Shown here one piece after another: positions 1-11,141 of a stretch of DNA of 50,208 bases. This stretch comes from Minisyncoccia bacterium (GTDB taxonomy: Bacteria > Patescibacteriota > Minisyncoccia > Phycocordibacterales > CALRBL01). The stretch lies in contig JBBRNV010000006.1 in the NCBI GenBank assembly GCA_038230075.1, forward strand, positions 1-50,208, in the 5' to 3' direction. Under the pieces are notes generated by a model, which saw only the letters and a program-made list of their open reading frames with translations, was not told the DNA's origin and searched no databases. Every line of letters starts with the position of its first letter. Positions within the stretch are counted from its first letter, which is position 1. The position numbers were made by a program, and so were the translations under genes.

Positions 1-1962
<1,962 letters not shown>

Positions 1963-2274
1963 GAAATCTGAGAACCACAATTTATGTTTTTTAAGTGTGC
2001 GTGATTAATGCACACTATCTTACTTACATTACCTGCCTGTCTCTAGCTTCGAAAAGACCCTCGATAAAGTTTGCAAAAAGATGACCGAAGTCATATCTTC
2101 ACAGCTTCACTCGAAAGCTCGCTAGGACAGAATTGATTTTTCAAAGTGGCAGTCGGTCTGAATTTTTATTAAAAAAACCGCTTTTTGAAGCGGCCGAGAA
2201 GTAAACGCTTTTTCAAGTGCTTACATCAGGCGCTTTAAATTAAGGTGTTTTAACATATCTAACGGATGGGGATT

Positions 2275-2302
2275 AGTATATACGAGTCATATTAAATGTC
2301 AA
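2275..2302 (-). promoter_or_regulatory. sigma70-type promoter for the stand-alone 23S gene
   Basis: TTGACA-16 nt-TATACT on the minus strand, about 300 nt upstream of 23S and just downstream of the upstream gene's terminator. Confidence 0.75.
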
Positions 2303-2325
2303 ACAAATAGGCCGTAATCTCACTA

Positions 2326-2364
2326 AAACTAAAAACACCCCTCTAAAGAAAGGTGTTTCTAGTT
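2326..2364 (-). terminator. intrinsic terminator after the 2385-2963 gene
   Basis: Hairpin with arms AACTAAAAACACC / GGTGTTTTCTAGTT and T-rich ends. Confidence 0.6.
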
Positions 2365-2384
2365 AAAAAGCTCTTAGAATAAGG

Positions 2385-2963
2385 CTATTTAATGAATTCT
2401 CCGATTCGGTTTAAAACCACCTTATGTGAGTAATCGAGCAAATCTCTGATCAAACGGTCACCAATGTTTTGCCGGTACTTATATTCACCCACAGACAGGG
2501 CGGCGTATCGCAATTCTTTACCCACTAAAGACTCAATTAGTTTGATAGTATTTTCAAGCGGCTTTCGTTGAATATTTTCGCCCACAATAAGCATATCTGC
2601 CCTACTCTCTTCGTTACCAACAAACACACCAGAGAGAATGAAAAGCTTAAGTCGACAATTCTTACTGATCTTTTTAACCATATCAACCTCGTGAATAGGA
2701 CTGATTTCAAGAAGAAGTCGCTCGAGGCTTTTTAAATGTTCGAACTTATCGTTAAGTGTAAACGACTGTGCTTTATTGCTTCTGGTTTTCCGTATTAAAC
2801 CAAGCTTTTCAAGAATGTTCACTTCCCTTCGAGCTTGTGATGATGAGATCTTTGCTCGTTCACTGATAGATTTTGTGGTAAATGACAATTCTTTGTTGAA
2901 GATAAACAATCTCATAACCTTCACCTTCTCAGCGCTGCCGAATATTTTTTCCAGAGTTTCCAT
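2385..2963 (-). CDS. winged-helix N-terminus plus degenerate nucleotidyltransferase-like C-terminus (CPR-type hypothetical)
   Basis: N-terminal FGS..KVKVMRLF..ISERAK..ARREVNILEKLGLI (wHTH-like); C-terminal LSGVF...ADMLIVG resembles the Pol-beta NTase G-S...DxD region. Confidence 0.65.
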   Translation of the reverse strand: METLEKIFGSAEKVKVMRLFIFNKELSFTTKSISERAKISSSQARREVNILEKLGLIRKTRSNKAQSFTLNDKFEHLKSLERLLLEISPIHEVDMVKKISKNCRLKLFILSGVFVGNEESRADMLIVGENIQRKPLENTIKLIESLVGKELRYAALSVGEYKYRQNIGDRLIRDLLDYSHKVVLNRIGEFIK

Positions 2964-3051
2964 GCATCAAATCTACCACATTTGAATAGCCTGCCGGAAG
3001 TAGCGCTTTTTGCCGTATATGTCCTGGAAGGGTGGACATATCAGATTAAAA

Positions 3052-3136
3052 TAATAGAAATAATAAAAGGCTTTTCGAAGCATTCGCAAGCTGTAAAGCC
3101 GAGGACGCTGAGAAAAGCCTTTTATTATTTCTGTTA
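3052..3136. repeat. long inverted repeat with conserved core (dispersed element, copy 1); likely the rplL terminator
   Basis: 25-bp arms (3052-3076 / 3112-3136, one mismatch) around the core GAAGCATTCGCAAGC..GCCGAGGACGCTGA. Confidence 0.8.
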
Positions 3137-3538
3137 CTTAAGCTCTACCTTTCCACCAGCTGTTTCAATCTGAGCCTTGAAAGCATCTGCATCTTCTTTC
3201 TTCATGCCAGCCTTAAGTACTGAAGGGACTGCATCAACAAGATCTTTTGCTTCTTTCAAGCCAAGACCAAGAACTTCTTTCACAACCTTGATGATTGCAA
3301 TCTTCTGTGCGCCAGCATCAGTAAGATGAACATCGAAGTTTGATTTTTCTTCTGCCGCACTAGCTCCGGCTGCTGCAGGACCTGCAACAGCAACGGCCTG
3401 TGCAGATACATCGAATTTCTTTTCAAGAAACTTCACCAAAGAGTGGAGTTCGAGAACTGACATTTTTTCGATTTTTTCTACGATATCTTTGAATTCTGCT
3501 GGAGTATCAATGTGAACTTTTTGTGTATCTGATTCCAT
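3134..3538 (-). CDS. rplL: 50S ribosomal protein L7/L12
   Basis: [39 protein letters not shown]. Confidence 0.98.
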   Translation of the reverse strand: MESDTQKVHIDTPAEFKDIVEKIEKMSVLELHSLVKFLEKKFDVSAQAVAVAGPAAAGASAAEEKSNFDVHLTDAGAQKIAIIKVVKEVLGLGLKEAKDLVDAVPSVLKAGMKKEDADAFKAQIETAGGKVELK

Positions 3539-3561
3539 ATGTGTGTAATAAATTAATAATA

Positions 3562-4050
3562 TTATTGTTTCTTTTCCGCGATTGCATTAAGTGCAACTGC
3601 AAAACCCTGAATTGGTGAATTGATGAGGTTTACAAACATTCCATATAATACCTTTTGAGAAGGAATGGCTGCGATTGCAATCATTTCTTCTTTTGACTGG
3701 AGTACTCCGTCGAAGATTCCACCGAGAATAGAAATTCGTTTATCCATTTCTTTCTGAAATCGGTAGATTTCTCGTGCTGGAGCAATGAGGTCTGAAGAGT
3801 AAGCCAAAGCTAACTCTCCTGGTAATTCTGGCATTGTTCCTTTCAATCCTTTTTTCTCAAGAACTTTTTTAGTGATAGTTTTCTTTGCTACAACATACGT
3901 GATTCCGTTGTTCTTTAGCTCTCGACGAACTTTTGTTGATTCTGAAACAGGAAGTTTGTGAAAGTTAACAAACACAACAGACTTTGAAGAAGTAACAATG
4001 TCTTCTACGTTGCTAAAAATGTCTTGTTTTTTTGATTTGGTAAGTGCCAT
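3562..4050 (-). CDS. rplJ: 50S ribosomal protein L10 (start moved to MALTK)
   Basis: L10 motifs ([26 protein letters not shown]); lies directly upstream of rplL. Confidence 0.95.
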   Translation of the reverse strand: MALTKSKKQDIFSNVEDIVTSSKSVVFVNFHKLPVSESTKVRRELKNNGITYVVAKKTITKKVLEKKGLKGTMPELPGELALAYSSDLIAPAREIYRFQKEMDKRISILGGIFDGVLQSKEEMIAIAAIPSQKVLYGMFVNLINSPIQGFAVALNAIAEKKQ

Positions 4051-4094
4051 AACTGATATAGTTAATATATCTAATTGATAGATTCGACCATAAA

Positions 4095-4262
4095 GCTTAA
4101 ACAAAAACTCTGTCGAAATTCGGCCGTTTGGCAAAAGTTCGTCAGAGCTTTGGAGTAATGTTGGGAGAATACGTAGCCAATGGCTTTGTATCCAGCTTTT
4201 ATCAAAGGAGCTTATAGTCCTTGTATTACTACTCAGACGTGCCTTTGGTCTCCAAAGCTTTA
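4095..4262 (-). promoter_or_regulatory. structured rplJ 5' leader (possible L10 autoregulatory leader)
   Basis: About 200-nt UTR with a closing stem GCTTTGGAG...CTCCAAAGC, preceded by promoter TTGACA-16-TACTAT at 4270-4297. Confidence 0.45.
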
Positions 4263-4328
4263 TAGAGCTATAGTACTTTTTTGATCGTTTTTGTCAATTA
4301 ATCATCTATTACAGAGCACTCAGTGTAA

Positions 4329-7300
4329 TCAACCATTTTCAACATTTGAAAGAAAAGATTCCAAAAGTGTGACCAAATGTGTCTTATCATCCTGACTGAT
4401 CTTTTTAAATCGATATGTCTCACTTTGTAGACGCATAATTAGTGCGCGAATAAGTTTTTGAAACTTTTCTTTTTTTGTTGAAACAAATGACTTTTGAATG
4501 TGATCGATTCTTTGTTGGAGTTTTTTCTCAACTTGTTGCTGAAGGTTAAACGATGAAATCATATTGCGCAACATTAGAAAATAAAACGACGTGTTGGGCA
4601 AATATTTATTTGACGATGATGCAGTGAGAAGGGTGTCATTTGTTCCATTACCATCAACATCAACTTTCAAAATATAATCAGAACTGCTCGCTGCTTCCTC
4701 TAAAGGAAAATCTAACTCGGCGTGTGTACTTGGAATGATGGGCACGTGCTCAAATACCACCAGACCATTGTTGTTGATTGCCGAAGTTGCGTTTTTCTCA
4801 GCAATATCAAGCTCGAACTCTCCATAATCAGTTGCAGAAAGAATTACTTTATGTATTTTTTCTTTAGGAAGAGTGATGTATTTACCCTCCCCCACCTCGG
4901 AATAAGAACTATTTGGAATATCGGTAAGTAGTTGTGAGAAGTCTGAACTGGTACTTGAAATAATACCTGTCTTTTTTCCACTCACATCTTCGATCAAAAG
5001 GTTAACGGGAGAGTGAACACTTACTTCAATGAGTGTCGAACTTGAAGTTACCGTAAGTTGAGGAGTTCTAAATGTTGAAACATAACTCGAACTTGAGACT
5101 TTCTGTCTTTCTATCAACGCCGAAGCAAGCTGCAATAAAGGCTCAGCGGTAAATATATTTGAGTGATTAATATTCGTATTATGATCGATATTATATGTTG
5201 CCAAGTCGATGATGTGAGTTGTTGTTGCAATTGATAATGCACTTTCTAAAGGCACCGTTCCATCTCCAGCCATTGATGACACTAGTGCATGATCGACAAA
5301 TTGTCCCCCAACACATGTATTTGGTAATCCAACAACAGAACACACATTCTTTAAGTAATATGAGAAACCAGTTGGTGTGCTGATGCCACTTCCTGCAATT
5401 TGATAAACCGAAAGAGACAGTGGTGGCGTCCATGCATCAAGTTTTTTCTGTGTCAGCACAGATGTTTGAAGAAGAGTATTTGAGAGCGTTTGAGCCGTTG
5501 GGTCATTGATGCTTTTTGAAGCTTGCAACAAAAATAAATTGAGTTGTTCTTTCGAAGTAATTGCACCGGAAAAATTCTGATAAAGTTTAGAAACTTTTGC
5601 TGTTTCTGGATCAATAGTGACATAGGGAGTAAAAAGATTTCGAGGAAGCAAGTTGTAGGCTGATATCATATTTTTTCCCAAACCTTTAGCGGTATCTTTT
5701 GATAATATGAATCCTTTTAATATTTCTTGACCATCTCCATATAACAAGCTGCCAATATCAATAGGAGCTCCTTTCTGAGGCGTAGCAACAAGAACCAATG
5801 ATTCGATCAAGTTTTCGTTATGAGTCTTTTTTAATTCATCTATTAACGCCTTTGCGACAAGTCCGCCGTTACTGTGAGAAACAATAGTTACTTTCCCCGT
5901 TCTTGAACTCGAAGCAATAGTTTTTAGTCTTTCAATCATGCTGTAAGAATTTTGTTCTGTTCTTATTTGTTTCTTCACTAATTCGTATGGGTCTTCTCTC
6001 CAGTCGTATGGAAATGCTTCAAAAGATTTAATAACACCCTTAGCAACCTTTGACTGCAACATGGCGACCAAAGGAGAGTATATTTCTTTATCTAATACAC
6101 CACCGCCAGCTATATTTGTCTTTTCTATAATGTCGTTTGTGTAAATATTCTTGTTAAGACTTTCTCCTTTGTCATTTAAGTATAACTTTTTAACATCTCC
6201 GTTGTAATTCGGTTCCCATAACTGATTTTTAGTTAAACCAACTCCTTCATATAAGCGACTAGCTTCAAAGCCGGGAATAAAAATAACACTTGAGCAACAA
6301 GGTGCTGGAGTTGACTTCGTTTTCCACGGAGTAACTATCATATTTCCTACTACAACATCTCCCCCAGTTACTTCTGAATCTCTTTGTGGTCCAGCGTCAT
6401 TGCCCCAGTAATTTTCTGACACATCAATCAACTCTTCTGAGTCGTTCTTAATTCCAGCCAAAGTATTGTTTGTAAAAACAGACTGGTGAATATTTGTGCT
6501 AAATATGTCTGCTGCGAATGTGTTAGTAAATAACAACAAAGATAGAGCATTGGAAATATTATGGAGAAAAGAAATTCCAGGAAGCGTAATTGGTTTAAGA
6601 ATATGGATCCCAATATTATTTGAATTAAATGAGCTACTACTTACTTCGAGACGAGAGTTTTTAAGTGAAATGACGTCGTTGTTAATATGAGAAAAAGACG
6701 AGTTTAAAACTTTCACATACGATTTAGAAGATGTAATACCAACTTGATTAGAGTTGTTTATGGTGCAATTGTTAATACTTGATGTGGCTGAATTTGTTAC
6801 TAAAAACTTTGTTTGATCAAGAGTATAAAAACCGCAAGTATCGAGTTCGAGTATCGAATTAGATACATATAGAGATGCAAAACCAGAAGAACCACGAGCC
6901 GTTGTCGATGAAATAATAACATTACTTTTATCAAACACATCAACCAGTGGTGAATTTTCGAGAGAGATATCTTTCAGCGAACTTGTTGAAGTGGTAAAGG
7001 TGAACGATTTACTGTTATTCTTCAAAATAACATGATCAAATGAAATGTTTTCAGAGTGATCAAAAACGAAACCATCTTCAGACTCTTCGATATTGATATT
7101 CGTATACTTTTTATTCGATTGACTACTAATATATACACCTCTCGCTCGCTGATTTGTTAGCGAAGATGAAAATGTGATTGGTTTTAAAGTGGTTCCCCCT
7201 GCTGAGAACGAGCCTTTGATAACAATAGGTTCAATTCCTAATCTAAGAATAACTCCTGGATCTATAATAAGACTTCCACTTGGAGAAATTGATAGTCCAG

Positions 7301-7445
7301 CACTTCCAACAACATATGGATTACCCGATTCTACCAAATGCAACACCCCATCAATATCGCCCTGAAGTAAGGTATCTGCATACAATTCTTTTCCAAACCC
7401 TAATAAACATAATAAAAACAAGCTCGCATGAATGATGTATTTCAT
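4329..7445 (-). CDS. secreted multidomain lipase/acyltransferase (beta-helix plus LCAT/PGAP1-like alpha/beta hydrolase)
   Basis: Signal peptide; N/S/I-rich parallel beta-helix; IFIPGFEASRL, PYDWR, nucleophile elbow SHSNGG, GDGTVP and late His (HSNI). Confidence 0.8.
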   Translation of the reverse strand: MKYIIHASLFLLCLLGFGKELYADTLLQGDIDGVLHLVESGNPYVVGSAGLSISPSGSLIIDPGVILRLGIEPIVIKGSFSAGGTTLKPITFSSSLTNQRARGVYISSQSNKKYTNINIEESEDGFVFDHSENISFDHVILKNNSKSFTFTTSTSSLKDISLENSPLVDVFDKSNVIISSTTARGSSGFASLYVSNSILELDTCGFYTLDQTKFLVTNSATSSINNCTINNSNQVGITSSKSYVKVLNSSFSHINNDVISLKNSRLEVSSSSFNSNNIGIHILKPITLPGISFLHNISNALSLLLFTNTFAADIFSTNIHQSVFTNNTLAGIKNDSEELIDVSENYWGNDAGPQRDSEVTGGDVVVGNMIVTPWKTKSTPAPCCSSVIFIPGFEASRLYEGVGLTKNQLWEPNYNGDVKKLYLNDKGESLNKNIYTNDIIEKTNIAGGGVLDKEIYSPLVAMLQSKVAKGVIKSFEAFPYDWREDPYELVKKQIRTEQNSYSMIERLKTIASSSRTGKVTIVSHSNGGLVAKALIDELKKTHNENLIESLVLVATPQKGAPIDIGSLLYGDGQEILKGFILSKDTAKGLGKNMISAYNLLPRNLFTPYVTIDPETAKVSKLYQNFSGAITSKEQLNLFLLQASKSINDPTAQTLSNTLLQTSVLTQKKLDAWTPPLSLSVYQIAGSGISTPTGFSYYLKNVCSVVGLPNTCVGGQFVDHALVSSMAGDGTVPLESALSIATTTHIIDLATYNIDHNTNINHSNIFTAEPLLQLASALIERQKVSSSSYVSTFRTPQLTVTSSSTLIEVSVHSPVNLLIEDVSGKKTGIISSTSSDFSQLLTDIPNSSYSEVGEGKYITLPKEKIHKVILSATDYGEFELDIAEKNATSAINNNGLVVFEHVPIIPSTHAELDFPLEEAASSSDYILKVDVDGNGTNDTLLTASSSNKYLPNTSFYFLMLRNMISSFNLQQQVEKKLQQRIDHIQKSFVSTKKEKFQKLIRALIMRLQSETYRFKKISQDDKTHLVTLLESFLSNVENG

Positions 7446-7488
7446 GCCTCAACCATACGAACAAGGGATTAAATTTTAATGAAGAAAA

Positions 7489-7575
7489 TTAGAAGAATAA
7501 ATAAAATAAGAAAAAAGAACCAAGCAAAATAAGAATGAATTGACCAATAGTTTTGACCGACTTGTGATTAATCAT
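7489..7575 (-). CDS. putative 28-aa single-TM small protein (not in ORF track)
   Basis: MINHKSVKTIGQFILILLGSFFLFYLFF*, with TAAAAT 6 nt before the ATG as seen for other leaderless genes here. Confidence 0.4.
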   Translation of the reverse strand: MINHKSVKTIGQFILILLGSFFLFYLFF

Positions 7576-7623
7576 GACTGAATTTTAACATATTATTAGT
7601 GATAGTAATTAATAGTAAGCAAC

Positions 7624-7660
7624 ACAAAAACCCCACACTCTTTCGAGTATGGGGTTTTTG
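7624..7660 (-). terminator. intrinsic terminator of the S-layer-like gene
   Basis: CAAAAACCCCA..CTTTCGAG..TGGGGTTTTTG hairpin. Confidence 0.75.
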
Positions 7661-7719
7661 CTAAACTAAACTATACGAGTCTGATTCAAACTATCCAACT
7701 TTCAATACTTGCGTATCGA

Positions 7720-9666
7720 TTATCGAACTGGCTTGTAACCTGTCTTGTATGCGTTCTGTTCATCCAAATTACCAAGGTAATTTGTGATTCCAGATGTTGA
7801 TGAAGCTGACCAAACAATAGAGTCAAGTCGGTAATCCAACTGAGCACTAGCTGCTTGTGAACTCACATCGTATGATCCAGTGATAACAAATGTTCGTGAT
7901 TCATTGATTGATACCACGATGTATCCTGCTGGGTTAACTGTTGCTCCTCCGTAAGTGTATGACAATGTTGTTGAAGCAATTCGTGCTCCAGCAGTGTTGT
8001 ATACGCCGATTGAGAAGGCAGGGATAGTTGCTGATGATGTAGCAAGAAGGATGTCTGCTCCTTTACCTGTAACACTAACAGTGAACTGTGGAGAAACTGT
8101 AACTGTATCTGTTGCTGCTCCGTTAGCTGTGTGAGCTGGAGTTGGGAATGAAACACCCACCAATGTAAACACTGGAGCTGCCTGATATAGGTACTGTGTT
8201 CGTCCTACTGCTGAACCAGTTGCTAGGATGATAGCACCGTCTGAGTTTTCAACATTTACCGCAGAAACTGTTGCTACAACTGTTCCTGGTGTTCCTGTCA
8301 AACCTCGAACGTCTGCCTGAATCTTAAACAATCGGTCAGTATCCTGAGGGATATTTGGCTGAACATTGTTTGCCTTAAGATCAAGAAGAGCTGAGTTCAA
8401 ACCTGCTGTAACTGAAGCACTCTGAAGGATCTGTCCACTAATTGCATCTGTAACGTATACAGCTGCAATTGTCTGAGGTCCTGTTGAAGCAAGAGTTACT
8501 GTCAAGTTGTCCAATAGAAGATTGTCATCTTGTGCATGGAGCTTGAATGTAAGAAGGTCAACCTTGTCGATGTCTTGGTATGTATTTCGTACTCCAACAA
8601 CGTTTCGCTGATCTACAGAACCTGCATCTCGAGAGATAGTTGCTGTAGCTAGCTGAGCTGAAGACTTGTTAAGAGTGAAGATTCGTGTGAAGCCTGTTGA
8701 TGGGCCGTACTGGTCAATACCCTTTCCGTCAGATGCTCGAACTCCGTTAGCAGGAACTGAAATCTTTGTGTATGTAGAGTTATTTGCGTACTGACTGTCA
8801 ATTGTTGAGTAGAAATCTACAGCAACGTAGAGAACCTTAACTGTTCCCTTAGGAACAATGAAGTGGAAGTTCTGTGCATTGATGAAGTATTCTGAGTTTT
8901 CCTGAGTTACAGTTGATGAATTAAGCGCTGTCTGGAAAAGAACAGTGTTGTTTTCGTCTACGATGTAAAGATTGCTTGCAATCTTATTGTAGAACAATGC
9001 TGAGTTTCCAAGGTCAAGCTTGATTCGCTGAACATCCATGTCTGAAGTATTAGCCTGAAGCTTGATACCCAAGATGTTCTGCTTTAGGTCTCCCGGTCGG
9101 AATTGCTGAAGCTGAACTGGTGTTGGGTTCAAAGAAACAGTGATAGTTCCTTCAACTCCTGGAGTTGTGATCTGTGATGGAGTTCCAGGTGTAACTGGTG
9201 TTCCACTTGAAGAACAAAGTGCTCCTGTCATTGAATTGTACATAGCTCCTGATGGGCAACCTGGAACTGGTGTCATTGTTCCACACATTGCTCCTGTCAT
9301 TGAGTTGTACATAGCTCCTGCTGGGCAGCCAGGTGTTCCTGATGACATTGACATTGAGTTAACAAAAGCTCGTGTAAGTGGACCGAAGTAACCAACTGCT
9401 GGTGAAATACCATTAGCTGCTTGCATTTTTGCAAGAGCTCCTTTTGTCAAAGTACCGAAGTACCCTGTTGGAGCAACTGCTAGGAAACCTTTTGCATTTA
9501 GCAAAGCTTGTAATGCTGAAACATCTGAACTTCGTGAACCAACTGTTAAGTTAGTCTGGAAGTTGTATGTCATCATACTGTCAGCGAAAGCTGGTGCAGT
9601 AACACCTGCGAACACTGTAAGAACAGTGGCAAGAGCTACAACAGCTGAGACGATTTTCTTTATCAT
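7720..9666 (-). CDS. S-layer-like surface protein with N-terminal peptidoglycan-binding domain
   Basis: Signal peptide; PG_binding_1-like LTVGSRSSDVSALQ..GYFGPLT; two GCPxGAMYNSMTGAxC repeats (9221-9330); T/S/V-rich beta domains. Confidence 0.75.
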   Translation of the reverse strand: MIKKIVSAVVALATVLTVFAGVTAPAFADSMMTYNFQTNLTVGSRSSDVSALQALLNAKGFLAVAPTGYFGTLTKGALAKMQAANGISPAVGYFGPLTRAFVNSMSMSSGTPGCPAGAMYNSMTGAMCGTMTPVPGCPSGAMYNSMTGALCSSSGTPVTPGTPSQITTPGVEGTITVSLNPTPVQLQQFRPGDLKQNILGIKLQANTSDMDVQRIKLDLGNSALFYNKIASNLYIVDENNTVLFQTALNSSTVTQENSEYFINAQNFHFIVPKGTVKVLYVAVDFYSTIDSQYANNSTYTKISVPANGVRASDGKGIDQYGPSTGFTRIFTLNKSSAQLATATISRDAGSVDQRNVVGVRNTYQDIDKVDLLTFKLHAQDDNLLLDNLTVTLASTGPQTIAAVYVTDAISGQILQSASVTAGLNSALLDLKANNVQPNIPQDTDRLFKIQADVRGLTGTPGTVVATVSAVNVENSDGAIILATGSAVGRTQYLYQAAPVFTLVGVSFPTPAHTANGAATDTVTVSPQFTVSVTGKGADILLATSSATIPAFSIGVYNTAGARIASTTLSYTYGGATVNPAGYIVVSINESRTFVITGSYDVSSQAASAQLDYRLDSIVWSASSTSGITNYLGNLDEQNAYKTGYKPVR

Positions 9667-10104
9667 ATGATAATAATTTTACTTATAAATACTTGTAATC
9701 GATTAATAATGCTTTCGACTGCAAAGCACGTGATGAGAGTTAAATTTCTTTAACTCCTTTCACATGCTTTGCAGCGCGTACAAATTATTCTTGCGAACAA
9801 TTTGACGCTATCACTATTTTTATTCTCTTTATGTTATCGACACGAGAGAATAAAAAGAGGTTGTGAATGGAATAGATACTCAGATAGGCAGACAATTAGG
9901 AAAAATCATTTCTGATGTTTTGTGAAAAACTATGTAGTTTTCAAAGTTCGTTCGTTCTGAATTTCTGACGCAAAAGGTAACCAAATTTCAGATATACTAA
10001 AGAAGTATAGTATATGGCTGAAGCGGTTACAATTTACACCATGTGGATAAGAGCCAAATCTAGCGCTCTTTTCTTCTGTAACTCATGACGAGTCACAACA
10101 CTAT

Positions 10105-10132
10105 ATATTACAGATTTTGACCAAATAGTCAA
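10105..10132 (-). promoter_or_regulatory. promoter of the S-layer-like gene (gives a ~430-nt structured 5' UTR)
   Basis: TTGACT-16-TAATAT; several long hairpins lie at 9718-9860. Confidence 0.55.
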
Positions 10133-10149
10133 AAAGAATCGTCTATTAT

Positions 10150-10995
10150 TTAGAGCATGTACTTACTCCACCTTCGTTCTCCAATTCGCTTAACAGCAGC
10201 CCTACTTACAAGCTGATTGAGTAATCGTTGTATGGTTTTCTCACTACAGTCTGTTATTTTCTCCGTGAAGTCTTTAATTGAAAGCGGACCTTGAGATTTG
10301 AGCATTGAAAGAATCGTATTCGATCGGTCTATTTTTGTACTAAAAATATCATTTGAATCGGTATTAACAACCTCCCGTTTTCTCTCAACAGGATGTATAT
10401 ATCCAGAATTGTCCTTTATAAAACCAGCAGAAAAAGGCTGTTTTTGAGTCGACTGTGAAGTTGTTGTATCTTTCAAAAGATTAGATCGGAAAGAGTCTTT
10501 TGCAGCATTGTGAGATTGTGAAGATTCACTAGGTACATACTCAGATGAAAATGATAGAAAATCTTTTGATATAAAAACTTTTGATTCTTGAGATTCAACT
10601 TGTGATGACTCAGATAATTGTGACAATTTTTTTAGCATCTCTTCTAACTCTTTTCGCAACACATCGTAATTCATCTCGGACAACATTGAAGCGATGTGTG
10701 CCACTTGAATTAAACTCAACACTTTCATCAAAGACATTGATACGCCTTTTATATGAGACATTCTTTCAACATGAGAAATACCCGACATCATGAGAGCGAT
10801 AATTTGAATGACCGTTAGAGCCTCTTTTCTTAACTCCCACTTAAGAGGCTCTTCATCATTTAGAATATCAGAAATAAGGTATATAGCTGCGCAAAGTCTT
10901 TCACTTTTTTTGTATATAAAAAGGTCTTTTCTAGTGTCCTTAAAGACTGCCAATTCTTGAAGACTTGTGTCTATATATTTCTTATTATTGTCCAT
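10150..10995 (-). CDS. CPR-type protein with N-terminal four-helix bundle and C-terminal DeoR-like HTH
   Basis: YKKSERLCAAIYLISD..EPLKWELR helical bundle; C-terminal LSIKDF..CSEKTIQRLL..IGERRWSKY wHTH. Confidence 0.75.
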   Translation of the reverse strand: MDNNKKYIDTSLQELAVFKDTRKDLFIYKKSERLCAAIYLISDILNDEEPLKWELRKEALTVIQIIALMMSGISHVERMSHIKGVSMSLMKVLSLIQVAHIASMLSEMNYDVLRKELEEMLKKLSQLSESSQVESQESKVFISKDFLSFSSEYVPSESSQSHNAAKDSFRSNLLKDTTTSQSTQKQPFSAGFIKDNSGYIHPVERKREVVNTDSNDIFSTKIDRSNTILSMLKSQGPLSIKDFTEKITDCSEKTIQRLLNQLVSRAAVKRIGERRWSKYML

Positions 10996-11003
10996 TAGAT
11001 TAA

Positions 11004-11096
11004 TTGTCTTTTATTGATACAGAAAGTTGTCTTTTATATGAGATATGTCTTTTATACCGAATGAGGATATTATATATCGGACATTTAAAAAGACAA
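11004..11096. repeat. TGTCTTTTAT operator-like repeat array
   Basis: Direct copies at 11004-11014, 11027-11037 and 11045-11055; an inverted copy at 11086-11096 overlaps the -35 of TTGTCT-16-TATAAT. Confidence 0.8.
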
Positions 11097-11141
11097 GCAA
11101 AATAAGGGTTTTTTTGATATGATGAAACACGTTAAAACGTC

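Noticed and set aside
2988-3042. CCGGAAG..AGC and the ATATGTCC/GGACATAT hairpin as SRP RNA
   Set aside because: Lacks the CAGG/AGCA symmetric loop and the long stem of 4.5S RNA.
10042-10050. DnaA box as evidence for oriC
   Set aside because: Single box, with no cluster and no dnaA or dnaN in the window.
11004-11096. Repeat array as a CRISPR
   Set aside because: Repeats are about 10 bp with 7-12-nt gaps and there are no cas genes.
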